56,204 nucleotides of DNA from a virus. Lineage: Duplodnaviria > Caudoviricetes. The stretch spans positions 1-56,204 of IMG/VR virus record IMGVR_UViG_3300007960_000028; one strand, given 5' to 3'. Within the stretch, counting starts at the first letter, position 1. Every line of letters starts with the position of its first letter. Below, piece by piece: positions 38,287 through 47,243 of this stretch. The position numbers and the translations under genes are program-made. The notes beneath the pieces were generated by a model that saw nothing but the letters and a program-made list of their open reading frames with translations, did no database searches and was not told where the DNA came from.

Positions 38287-38600
38287 TATTGCTCCTTATT
38301 TTCTGTATTAGACGGATTAGTTGTAGCTTCATTTAACATATTAAGAATATAATCTATTTCTTCCATAAATAAATCTTTAATTTCATTATCAGGCAATTCA
38401 GAATTAAATTTTAATTTCCCAATATAATCCAATAATGGAATTTTTAATAAGATATATGAATCACCAGCAGTAACCATATCTTTTTGTTTAAACTCTTCTA
38501 CATTATTAATAATATTTAATTCTTCATCAACAATACATGCGATACACAATCCATTTGGCATATCATTCGAAAGAGATTCTACATACTCTTGTATTTTCAT
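38286..38600 (-). CDS. Hypothetical protein
   Basis: Stop/start overlaps. Confidence 0.65.
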   Translation of the reverse strand: MKIQEYVESLSNDMPNGLCIACIVDEELNIINNVEEFKQKDMVTAGDSYILLKIPLLDYIGKLKFNSELPDNEIKDLFMEEIDYILNMLNEATTNPSNTENKEQ

Positions 38601-38830
38601 TATTTTTTATCCTTTAAAATTTTATAATCTGTTTGGTAAACAATATTACCATTTAAAATATTTTGTACTCTAAAATAATTATCGCTATTATTGCTTAATT
38701 CTTTACACTTAATAATAGCTTCATCCACATTTACATAATCATCATAACCTGCAAATTTCCATAAATTAAATATAGTTTTTATATTAAAATTTTTACTACG
38801 TGGATGTTTCATTTCTTGTATTCGAAACAT
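38600..38830 (-). CDS. Hypothetical protein
   Basis: Follows a promoter; AAGGT upstream. Confidence 0.65.
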   Translation of the reverse strand: MFRIQEMKHPRSKNFNIKTIFNLWKFAGYDDYVNVDEAIIKCKELSNNSDNYFRVQNILNGNIVYQTDYKILKDKK

Positions 38831-38852
38831 AAATTACCTTAATTAATAATTA

Positions 38853-38884
38853 CAAATCTAAGAAAAAGAATTTATATTTCCAAA
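38853..38884 (-). promoter_or_regulatory. Bacteroidota-type sigma70 promoter
   Basis: TTTG-N20-TAGATTTG; the -33 box overlaps the end of the upstream gene. Confidence 0.78.
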
Positions 38885-39699
38885 TTAATTTTAAAAATAT
38901 TATTATTTAAAATATCCGATTTTACAGGACTATACATAAAATCTACACCTTCAAAGGTATATATATTATATTGTGAAAATCTACTACTATCCTTATTAAC
39001 TATACGTCTTTCACCATGATATAATGATGGTGACATAATCAATGCAGATACATTCTTTGTCTTAAATGGTTTAACTAAAAACGAATTAAATCTAACTATA
39101 TCAGTTATATACTTATTATACAATCTAAGTCGTTCTATAGAATCTTCCATATAAGGTATGTTAAAGTCTTCAAATGTATATCTATTTAATAAATGAGATT
39201 TTGGTGAGAATTTAACAGTAGAATTAGATAAATCAGTTGTTTCTAACGCTACAAATACTTTACATATATATCTACTAGGAAATGTATCTATATGTAGTAG
39301 TTGATTATGCATAGAACTCATTTCCCCTACGAACGAGTTCATCGTATGAAATGGTATAGGTTTTTTATTAAATAATACCTTTAATTTATCCAATATAGTT
39401 GCATTATACAATAACTCACTAGACAATTCATTTTCTTTATGAAAATCATATATTACGTTCTTATAATTATAAGAATAATATTTGGATTTAAAAGATACAT
39501 CTCCTTTTAATATAGATATTTGCATTTGATTTTCTAATTCAGATATAAATTCATCTGATATATCTAAATCTATTTTTAAAAATCCAAACTTATTAAAAAA
39601 CAATATATCTTTTAAGTTTAATGGATCTATACTATCTTTATATTCATATAAATACATAGATAAATTTGGCATTTCAGATAAAGGCAATGGAAAATTCAT
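38872..39699 (-). CDS. Divergent PhyH-like dioxygenase paralogue
   Basis: Collinear with 35249..36160 (PIPFHTMN, VALE, PKSH, LYHG, RFSQ) but HxD is replaced by HNQ. Confidence 0.75.
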   Translation of the reverse strand: MNFPLPLSEMPNLSMYLYEYKDSIDPLNLKDILFFNKFGFLKIDLDISDEFISELENQMQISILKGDVSFKSKYYSYNYKNVIYDFHKENELSSELLYNATILDKLKVLFNKKPIPFHTMNSFVGEMSSMHNQLLHIDTFPSRYICKVFVALETTDLSNSTVKFSPKSHLLNRYTFEDFNIPYMEDSIERLRLYNKYITDIVRFNSFLVKPFKTKNVSALIMSPSLYHGERRIVNKDSSRFSQYNIYTFEGVDFMYSPVKSDILNNNIFKINLEI

Positions 39700-39704
39700 T
39701 TTAA

Positions 39705-40334
39705 TTAAATATTATTATATAAATTATTTTGTTTTATTTGTTTTTCAAAGTCTTTTATATGGATTAAATCATAACCGGCTTCGGTTGGTAATTTAGAATA
39801 TTTTTTATATCCAACTATAGTTTCATGAACTTTTCCTTGCCATTTTATCTCTGATTTATTCTTGTATAATCTAGCTTGATAGTCTGGATAATTAATATAT
39901 CCATTTATATCAATAACCCATCTCATTCTTTGTATGTATTCTTCGGTTATACCATTTACTAGATTTATTCTAGGTAAATAAAATAAATCTATATCAGAAT
40001 AATTAGCTAAAAACTCTTTTATTATACTAGGAAAATATTCACTTATATATTCATCCGAATCTATATTAAATATATAATCACCGGTACATTTAGAATTTAA
40101 AAAGTTTTTTTGATATGCAAAATTTCTATTTAGTGGATTAGAATATACTTTAAACCTATTTGGATTATTAGCTAAACAATCATTACATAGATTTATAATA
40201 TCAATAGATGTGTTTCCTTGATCTTGAACTACAACTATCTCATCATTAGCTTCTATTGTATTTAATAATAAATTAACTAATCTACTAAATTCTTTATATT
40301 CATTGCATACTAAAATAGCATATGAAATCTTCAT
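39705..40334 (-). CDS. GT2-family glycosyltransferase (likely start MKISYAI at 40334)
   Basis: ISYAILVCNE, YIFNIDSDE (DxD), YPDYQARL, WQGKVHE; the longer start at 40373 falls inside a terminator hairpin. Confidence 0.88.
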   Translation of the reverse strand: MKISYAILVCNEYKEFSRLVNLLLNTIEANDEIVVVQDQGNTSIDIINLCNDCLANNPNRFKVYSNPLNRNFAYQKNFLNSKCTGDYIFNIDSDEYISEYFPSIIKEFLANYSDIDLFYLPRINLVNGITEEYIQRMRWVIDINGYINYPDYQARLYKNKSEIKWQGKVHETIVGYKKYSKLPTEAGYDLIHIKDFEKQIKQNNLYNNI

Positions 40335-40363
40335 TATTAACCTATAATATCTTTTACAAAAAG

Positions 40364-40384
40364 ACAATAGCATATAGCTATTGT
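40364..40384 (-). terminator. Intrinsic terminator
   Basis: ACAATAGC-tatat-GCTATTGT followed by CTTTTT on the minus strand. Confidence 0.6.
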
Positions 40385-40389
40385 AAGTA

Positions 40390-40524
40390 TTAACCTAAAG
40401 AAATAGCATGAAAACATATCATATGAATATGAATAACTGCATTTGCACCACCTGCGGTAATTAGTATTGATATTGTTTCGCCTGGTGCGAGTTCTATTTC
40501 TAAATCTTTTAATGATATAAAGTA
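40390..40524 (-). pseudogene. Start-less coding relic (44 codons)
   Basis: Open frame YFISLKDLEIELAPGETISILITAGGANAVIHIHMICFHAISLG* preceded by an in-frame TAA; locally higher GC. Confidence 0.4.
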
Positions 40525-40531
40525 TTATTTT

Positions 40532-41395
40532 TTATTTTTTCTTTTTGATATTTTTCATAAAGTTTTTATTTGATAATAGATTTTTTTGTTTATCTATATG
40601 TTTTTGTCTATCGTAGATTTCATTTTGAAGTTGTCTTTCTTCATTTGTAATTCCACTATATACGGTCTTTCTATTACCAAACTCATAATCTTCATAATAA
40701 TCTTCTAATAGGGCTTGTGTTTCCCCTTCTAATTGAGATATTATCTTTTCGTTATACTCTATATCAAACTCTACATATTCTTTTTTATTAGATGGTATAC
40801 CTTCGTATTTTAATCCTTTGTATTTATGCTCATCTAAAAATCTACGTTGTTCATCAGATAATTCCATATATTCAAATTTATCTATTGTCATAGGATTATT
40901 TTCTTCAATACCTAGACCATATAAAAATCGTCTTTGTTGATCTTCTGGAAAATTATAATCTACAACTTGATAATAAGCAAATTGAGTTATAGTCATTTGT
41001 CTGTATGCCTTTGGATGCTCTTGAACTAACTTTTTTAAAACTCGATCATAAAATCTTTTAGATGATAATTCCATCTTTAATGTTGGTATATCTACACCTA
41101 TGGTTTTTTGACCATAATACAGATATTTTAATCCATATTGTTCAACTAAATCATCTAATGTACCAATATCAAATATATCTAAATTTAAGGCATGAACATA
41201 TCCTTCGTAATTTTTATTTAAAATTAAAAGTATATATTCTTTTGGAACATCCCAACCTTTAATTTTATATTCTTTACTATCAGGGGTATAGTTACCTATA
41301 ATAACCATACCCTTCTGTAGTCTATCGTGAGTAATAGGAACTCTTCTTAGAATCCTATTACGATGTTGCATATTTTTAGAATATCTTTCATCCAT
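40532..41395 (-). CDS. Hypothetical protein (287 aa)
   Basis: Long ORF overlapping the GT4 stop; no confident family. Confidence 0.75.
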   Translation of the reverse strand: MDERYSKNMQHRNRILRRVPITHDRLQKGMVIIGNYTPDSKEYKIKGWDVPKEYILLILNKNYEGYVHALNLDIFDIGTLDDLVEQYGLKYLYYGQKTIGVDIPTLKMELSSKRFYDRVLKKLVQEHPKAYRQMTITQFAYYQVVDYNFPEDQQRRFLYGLGIEENNPMTIDKFEYMELSDEQRRFLDEHKYKGLKYEGIPSNKKEYVEFDIEYNEKIISQLEGETQALLEDYYEDYEFGNRKTVYSGITNEERQLQNEIYDRQKHIDKQKNLLSNKNFMKNIKKKK

Positions 41396-42701
41396 TGGAT
41401 TGTAACTTCGGTAAATCTATTTTTTTAAGTTTAGGTAATTCTAATTTAACTTCTGATGGAAATTCTGGTATATATCTATCTAAAATATTTTCAAATTTAG
41501 ATGTCATTTTTTCTAAACTAAAATTATTTCTAAGTCTTCCCATTGCATTTTTAGCATTCTTAGTTAAATTCAATTGTTTTGGTTGATCATAGTGCAAATA
41601 TAATACCTTTGCAACATGTTCATAATCACATTCAAACCAAGAAGATTCTGGTATAAGAACATCTTCCCATACAGCAGAAGAATGTATCTTTTCTAATTTA
41701 CCAGGTACTAAATGATGATCCGTTTTATTTAAAAACTCTAACTGACCAGACCAACCAGATGCAATTACAGGTTTTCCTATAGTTGCAAATTCTAACATAG
41801 GTCTACCATAACCTTCGCCTTTTGTTAAATTAACCATAGCACCTATTTTAGAATGATTATATAACGAGTTCATTTCTTCTTTTGATAAATCACCGTGTAA
41901 TAAATATATATTTGGTAATTTACTAATATCAGGATACATTCTTTGTATTTTGTTTATCTTATCAATAACCATATCTCTATCAGTAATAGATAATGTACCA
42001 ACCGATGTTTTTAAAATTAATGCAGGTTTTTTCTTTTCATAATTATAAAATGCATCAAAGAAAGTTTTAATTAACATTCCTGTATTTTTTCTATCTTGAC
42101 CCAAATCTCCATTTAACCAATGACCAACATATAAATAAGCAAAATCTTCTTCAATAGAATCTAAATATTTCTTTATAGATTTACTTATTTTTGTCGTTTT
42201 TTTAAAAACTTCTGTATCTACACCTTCAATTAAAACTTCACAAGGAACATTTAATTTTAACATTCCAGTTACATTACCATTATTATCATTTATATTATAT
42301 TGAGAATACTCAAATACATTCTTACTATGAGTAGATGGAACTAAAACCAAATTCATTCTATTACATCCCTCTATCCATTTGGCAGATGCAATTGTAGTTT
42401 CGATACCTGCAGTTATACCTATATTATATTTACCAATAGGATTAAATGCAGTTGGAACCGTAACTTGCATAAATATATCTGGTTTTTCTTCTATCTTATT
42501 AATTATTCTATCAATAACCATTTTATCTTTTGGATCATTAGGATCCAATCCACCTAATGGAGTTGATCCCCATTTTGTAGATATTACTTTAATATCATAT
42601 TTATCCATCTCTATAAGAGAACGAACCAAATCCCTAGCATGATGACCATATCCTGATAGAGTATCTACCGGTCCTTCAAAATATAATTTTAATTTATTCA
42701 T
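41388..42701 (-). CDS. GT4-family glycosyltransferase
   Basis: SGYGHHAR, RKN, GEGYGRPMLEF (Ex7E), PVIASGWSGQLEF. Confidence 0.92.
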   Translation of the reverse strand: MNKLKLYFEGPVDTLSGYGHHARDLVRSLIEMDKYDIKVISTKWGSTPLGGLDPNDPKDKMVIDRIINKIEEKPDIFMQVTVPTAFNPIGKYNIGITAGIETTIASAKWIEGCNRMNLVLVPSTHSKNVFEYSQYNINDNNGNVTGMLKLNVPCEVLIEGVDTEVFKKTTKISKSIKKYLDSIEEDFAYLYVGHWLNGDLGQDRKNTGMLIKTFFDAFYNYEKKKPALILKTSVGTLSITDRDMVIDKINKIQRMYPDISKLPNIYLLHGDLSKEEMNSLYNHSKIGAMVNLTKGEGYGRPMLEFATIGKPVIASGWSGQLEFLNKTDHHLVPGKLEKIHSSAVWEDVLIPESSWFECDYEHVAKVLYLHYDQPKQLNLTKNAKNAMGRLRNNFSLEKMTSKFENILDRYIPEFPSEVKLELPKLKKIDLPKLQSNG

Positions 42702-43078
42702 TTAAACTCCTTTAAAATACCATTAGGTATATCTTTTCTTTCACTATAAGTTCTTATTTTATCTATTTCCGATATTTCATTATTATCAGAATCCATTATT
42801 AACCAATATATTTTATTTTTTCCAAACTCTAACTCAAACTTTCTATTTTCAGTTGAAAACTTATATAGAATAGTTCCGGTTTCAGTTGGAGATATACTAT
42901 GTGTTAATATTAAATCATATAAACAATCATCTAATTTATTTATGAATCCATCTATACAACTAATAGATTTCCTACAAGGAGGAGGAGAACCCATAGAATC
43001 AAAATTATATCCTAATTCTTTTAATCTATTTATTTTTTTTAGTAATATATTTTTTTCTATGTTATTTTGATGTATCAT
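42698..43078 (-). CDS. Hypothetical protein
   Basis: Packed ORF between GT4 genes. Confidence 0.65.
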   Translation of the reverse strand: MIHQNNIEKNILLKKINRLKELGYNFDSMGSPPPCRKSISCIDGFINKLDDCLYDLILTHSISPTETGTILYKFSTENRKFELEFGKNKIYWLIMDSDNNEISEIDKIRTYSERKDIPNGILKEFK

Positions 43079-44009
43079 AATTTATTTCTGATGATTTTTT
43101 ATCTAATCTGTTATACTCTACCTTTTCAAAAGAAAATTTATCTGCTGATTTTATAAATTTAGTATAATCTTTATACAATGTATCTATACATTTTATCATT
43201 CTATTACACATATTTTTAGAAGACATACCTGTTCTTTCATCCAAACAATATTCTCTTCCTAATAAACCAAGTCTATTTCTTTCTTCAACTGGCATATCGT
43301 ATATAGATTTAATTGCGTCCGCAACTTCATTTACAGAACAATAATCTTCGTATATATATGGTGTTGGTGGAGATCCAACTAACGTTCTTATCTTAGGAAA
43401 TAACGCAATACACCATTCTCCATGTTTAGTGTATTTTCCGTCTGCATTAGTTTGCCACTCAGAAGTATAGTCGCTAGGATCTACTAACTCACCATCTTCT
43501 TTTACAAATCCCATTTGGTCTTGAATACCACCAGTAACATTTCCTATAATCATAGTTCCTGCCATAAGAGATTCGTGAGAAGATAATCCCCAACCCTCTG
43601 CATATGATATATTTATAGTTGCAGATGCTAAATTATACATATAATTCATAGTTTTAGTATCTACTTTCTTTGGAGAAAATGCTACTTTATATTCTGGACA
43701 TATAGCATCAATAACTGCAGGTAAATCTGTACCATTATTATCTACGGGATCCGTATGTAACATAAGAACACATTTCAATGCTTCTTCTTTTGGTAACATA
43801 TCACAAAACAATTTAAATGCTAATATAACATCTGATGGTCTTTTTCTTCTGATGTTTCTGTTAGTCCAAAAAATAAAAAATTCACCACCAGTTTTAGATT
43901 TATAATCCGATACAAACTTATCGTATTCTGGATCATCAGTAATTGGATAGAATAATTCTTCATTTATTCCGTGAGGAACATATGATAAAAATCTATTATA
44001 ACTTAACAT
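43062..44009 (-). CDS. GT4 glycosyltransferase, C-terminal (donor-binding) half of a split gene
   Basis: YVPHGIN, NRNIRRK, AEGWGLSSHESLMAG. Confidence 0.88.
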   Translation of the reverse strand: MLSYNRFLSYVPHGINEELFYPITDDPEYDKFVSDYKSKTGGEFFIFWTNRNIRRKRPSDVILAFKLFCDMLPKEEALKCVLMLHTDPVDNNGTDLPAVIDAICPEYKVAFSPKKVDTKTMNYMYNLASATINISYAEGWGLSSHESLMAGTMIIGNVTGGIQDQMGFVKEDGELVDPSDYTSEWQTNADGKYTKHGEWCIALFPKIRTLVGSPPTPYIYEDYCSVNEVADAIKSIYDMPVEERNRLGLLGREYCLDERTGMSSKNMCNRMIKCIDTLYKDYTKFIKSADKFSFEKVEYNRLDKKSSEINYDTSK

Positions 44010-44018
44010 ATTTACCTA

Positions 44019-44636
44019 TTATTTATGTTCAATAACTCTAAATTGCTCATCTCTAAGCACATCTTTATTTAATCCAAACGTTTGTTTAGATATACCCATT
44101 AATAAATCACAAGTTTTATATGCACTCTTATTCCACATAGGAGAAGGAGCATCGTCCCATATATTATAATATATAATAGGAATACCTTTTGATCTTAATT
44201 CATATTCCATCATATATAACCAACCCCATTGTCTTGGATCGGTAAAGTGGAATATCATATCTGGATTTTCATAATTTATTACTTCTAATATAATATCTCT
44301 ATTACCATATCCATTAGTACAATATATATTTAAATATGCATCTTCAACACCAGTTTCTTTTTGAGCAGAATCATTTAATATTATCTTCTTATTTTGCTCT
44401 GGGTGTTTTAATGCTGCTCCTATTTGAGTCCAATTGTATCTGTGAAGAGTACCCATAACAATCTCTTTACTTTGGGTAGCAACTCCACTAAAAAATCTAA
44501 TGTCATCTGATAATAATAATATTTTTTTTCGTTCATTAGCAGGTAACACTTTATTACCATTTCTATCGTCACCTGCTCTGAACTTTATAAAATCTTCAGT
44601 CGATTGGACTGGTTTTAATTTTGGTAATTCAATCAT
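44019..44636 (-). CDS. GT4 glycosyltransferase, N-terminal (acceptor-binding) half of a split gene
   Basis: KILLLSDD...SGVA, FTDPR, YYNIWDD, GISKQT; in frame with 43062..44009. Confidence 0.82.
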   Translation of the reverse strand: MIELPKLKPVQSTEDFIKFRAGDDRNGNKVLPANERKKILLLSDDIRFFSGVATQSKEIVMGTLHRYNWTQIGAALKHPEQNKKIILNDSAQKETGVEDAYLNIYCTNGYGNRDIILEVINYENPDMIFHFTDPRQWGWLYMMEYELRSKGIPIIYYNIWDDAPSPMWNKSAYKTCDLLMGISKQTFGLNKDVLRDEQFRVIEHK

Positions 44637-44863
44637 TAGTTACCTTTTGATTTTTTTCTAATAATTTTAGTAGTTTTTTCAGTATTAGTAGTTTCTGTTT
44701 CTTTTTCAATTTGAGTTGATTTAGGTTCTTCTACTTGTTTAACACTAGTACTAACTTTTGGTTCTTCTACTGGAACCGTTTGTGTTTTAGGTTGCTCTAC
44801 TGGAACTACACCTGTTTTAGATTGTTCTTTTGGTTGTTCTACTTGAACTACTCCTGTTGCCAT
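44636..44863 (-). CDS. Small low-complexity protein with four VE[Q/E]PK repeats
   Basis: Repeats visible in protein and DNA; basic C-terminus; preceded by a TATTTATTA box. Confidence 0.65.
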   Translation of the reverse strand: MATGVVQVEQPKEQSKTGVVPVEQPKTQTVPVEEPKVSTSVKQVEEPKSTQIEKETETTNTEKTTKIIRKKSKGN

Positions 44864-44920
44864 AATATGCCCTTTAAAAGTGAAAAATTTATAATAAATA
44901 TAATTAAATTAAACGTAAAT

Positions 44921-45886
44921 TCATTTTCTAAGTTTTTCGTCACAATATAAGTTATCATTATAAGCACAATACGTACAATTAAAATTATTTCTTCCTTTTA
45001 ATTTATCATATTCTTTTTCTATAATATATTTCCCATCTGTTGAAAAACATTCTAATAAAAAATTATTTAATAACTTATTAGCTTTGTTTATACTAACTTT
45101 ACCATCCGGAACTTCTACTCGTTGCAAATAACTAACTTTTATTTCAAAATCATAATCATCTGGATTTGGAACTTCTTTTTTTAATATATAAAAAACGACA
45201 TCTACATCATCTATATCTATATTATTTTTTTTAGAAAAATATATTTTATAAAATAATAATTGTGCACGTATAACATCATCTTTTTTCTTAAAATCATTCC
45301 AAGATTTTTTAGATGTTTTTAAATCTATAATTAAATATTTTTTTGTTACTTTATCTTGTAAAACTATATCTAATTTTTGTAAGAATCCAACATTATATTC
45401 ATCTAATACCGTATATATTGGATATTCTATACCTATTAATTTATATTTTTTAGTAGAAAAATATTTAGTTCTATTAGTTCGTAACCATTCCAAACATTTT
45501 ACACCTGCATCATAATATTCCACCATATCATCATATGTTATGTCCATATTATTATTTTCATTCTTTTGATTTTCTTCATATATTTCTATCATATATTCTT
45601 TTAAAATAGAACTTAAATCTAATGCATTAGCTTCTGAAACTGATACATTAAATATATAATGCAAATACATCTGAACTGTTTGGTGTAATGCCGTTCCATA
45701 TAATAAATGAATATTATATTTATCTAATTTAATTTTATCTATATATTTTAATTTCCAAGAATGAGGACATGAATTATGCATCTTGATTTGACTAAATGAT
45801 ATAAGAGGTATATCCCAATTTATCTCAAAATCTTCTTTTGTAACTATATCATTAAAGTTTGGAATTAATTTTTTTATAAAACTCAT
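44921..45886 (-). CDS. PD-(D/E)xK exonuclease, Cas4/AddB/RecB-like with putative Fe-S cluster
   Basis: SFSQ...CP, GTALH, E, LDIV, IIDLKT, QLLFY, C-terminal CxxCx6C. Confidence 0.88.
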   Translation of the reverse strand: MSFIKKLIPNFNDIVTKEDFEINWDIPLISFSQIKMHNSCPHSWKLKYIDKIKLDKYNIHLLYGTALHQTVQMYLHYIFNVSVSEANALDLSSILKEYMIEIYEENQKNENNNMDITYDDMVEYYDAGVKCLEWLRTNRTKYFSTKKYKLIGIEYPIYTVLDEYNVGFLQKLDIVLQDKVTKKYLIIDLKTSKKSWNDFKKKDDVIRAQLLFYKIYFSKKNNIDIDDVDVVFYILKKEVPNPDDYDFEIKVSYLQRVEVPDGKVSINKANKLLNNFLLECFSTDGKYIIEKEYDKLKGRNNFNCTYCAYNDNLYCDEKLRK

Positions 45887-45997
45887 AAGCTGAATTGAAA
45901 TCTTTAAATTTTTTAAAATTGACTACTATATCATCATCATATACATCCATTATCCACATTTTATCTATTTTACTAAATTTTGGAAATGAATATCTTA

Positions 45998-46552
45998 TTA
46001 ACTTTGCCATTCAGAAATAATCTCCTTAACTTTTAACCTTAACGTATCCATATCAGAATCATTATTTATTACATAATCAAAATCATCATATGAATTATCT
46101 AAATCAATCTCTGATTGGTGTTCGTCATTTGGTTTTTCATAACCAATATAAGAAGCATCGACTCTTATTATAACACCACCACGTTCTTTTATAGATTGCA
46201 ATTCATCTTTAAATCTAACATCGGATATTATCCAATTATTATATCTTTGAAATTGAGAAAATAAAGATTTTACCCATACATCTTTTGTAAAATTATCTCT
46301 AAATACCTCTGTTCCAACTTTTTGTAACATATACCTAACACTCATATCCCAATCGGTTAAAAAATTATTTTTATTTTCGTCTTTTAAAAAATACTCTACC
46401 GGTAATCCTGTTAGTATAGAGCATATATGTTTTAAATTATATGCAAACGATTTTATTTCAAAATTTTCATTTAATTCTTGTTGTAATATAATAGAAACAG
46501 TATCTTTACCAGATCTCTTTTTTCCTGACAATCCTATTAAATTATATTTCAT
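45998..46552 (-). CDS. Deoxynucleoside monophosphate kinase (T4 gp1-like)
   Basis: GLSGKKRSGKDT, SFAYNLK, RYMLQKVGTE, ISDVRF, HQSE. Confidence 0.88.
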   Translation of the reverse strand: MKYNLIGLSGKKRSGKDTVSIILQQELNENFEIKSFAYNLKHICSILTGLPVEYFLKDENKNNFLTDWDMSVRYMLQKVGTEVFRDNFTKDVWVKSLFSQFQRYNNWIISDVRFKDELQSIKERGGVIIRVDASYIGYEKPNDEHQSEIDLDNSYDDFDYVINNDSDMDTLRLKVKEIISEWQS

Positions 46553-47001
46553 TTCTTAAATTCCTTGATTACTTTATTTATTTCTTTATGGTCTACATTA
46601 GAATATGCCATTATATTATATAACTCATATTCAATATCTTTAGAATTTACTATTATATTGTAATAGTCAATTGCGACCAAATCAGAACATTTATAATATT
46701 TTTTTATCCAATTAACAACTTTACCTTTTACAGAATCATTCTTTGTTTTAGATTTAATATATTTTATATATCCAACTTTTTTTGGAAGTAAGTTTTGTAA
46801 TACTCTATATTTAGATTCATTATCCATATATAAATCTGTACCTAAACAGATGTTATTTATTATAGGTAAATAAGATATATCCATAGATAATATCCTATTT
46901 ACCATATAAAAAGGAAAGGATGACATCTCTAATGAATCTATATCACTATAAGGAGTTTTATTACTCGTTAGATGTTGTATCGCTTTGCTTGGTTCCACCA
47001 T
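46549..47001 (-). CDS. Clamp-loader small subunit (T4 gp62-like)
   Basis: PFYMVNRILSM...LPKK...YIK...IKKYYKCS pattern; near the gp44-like gene. Confidence 0.75.
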   Translation of the reverse strand: MVEPSKAIQHLTSNKTPYSDIDSLEMSSFPFYMVNRILSMDISYLPIINNICLGTDLYMDNESKYRVLQNLLPKKVGYIKYIKSKTKNDSVKGKVVNWIKKYYKCSDLVAIDYYNIIVNSKDIEYELYNIMAYSNVDHKEINKVIKEFKK

Positions 47002-47242
47002 ATAATCCAGGTATATTAGGTAAAAAATCTTCAGCTACTTGACCGCAATCTGCACACGTATATACTTGAATTGGAACAACCATATCAGTATCCATTCCGG
47101 TTTGTATTTTAGATGCTTTTCTAAGCATAAATCTAACATCAAACACTTTACTACCACACGATTTACAATTATATGGTGTAGTTTGATCTATTGTTACTGT
47201 TGGTGGTTGTTTTCCTAAACTACCATTTTGATTAGTTAACAT
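46961..47242 (-). CDS. Zinc-ribbon protein
   Basis: CKSCG...CADCG. Confidence 0.75.
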   Translation of the reverse strand: MLTNQNGSLGKQPPTVTIDQTTPYNCKSCGSKVFDVRFMLRKASKIQTGMDTDMVVPIQVYTCADCGQVAEDFLPNIPGLYGGTKQSDTTSNE

Positions 47243-47243
47243 A

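Noticed and set aside
40532-41395. T4 gp2-like DNA end protector
   Set aside because: Only a vague resemblance around YVHALNL; too little to support the call.
44010-44021. Stop-codon reassignment or readthrough explaining the split GT4
   Set aside because: The break has both TAA and TAG, and other genes, including a 10.7-kb ORF, are intact under the standard code with TAG and TGA used as real stops.
30064-44636. Bacterial LPS/capsule locus (i.e. window is host chromosome)
   Set aside because: No wzx/wzy/ABC export or nucleotidyltransferase genes; interleaved with phage-type small ORFs and contiguous with a T4-like replisome.
44921-45886. Cas4-like gene as part of a CRISPR-Cas system
   Set aside because: No cas1/cas2 or array; stand-alone Cas4/RecB-like nucleases are common in phage replication modules.
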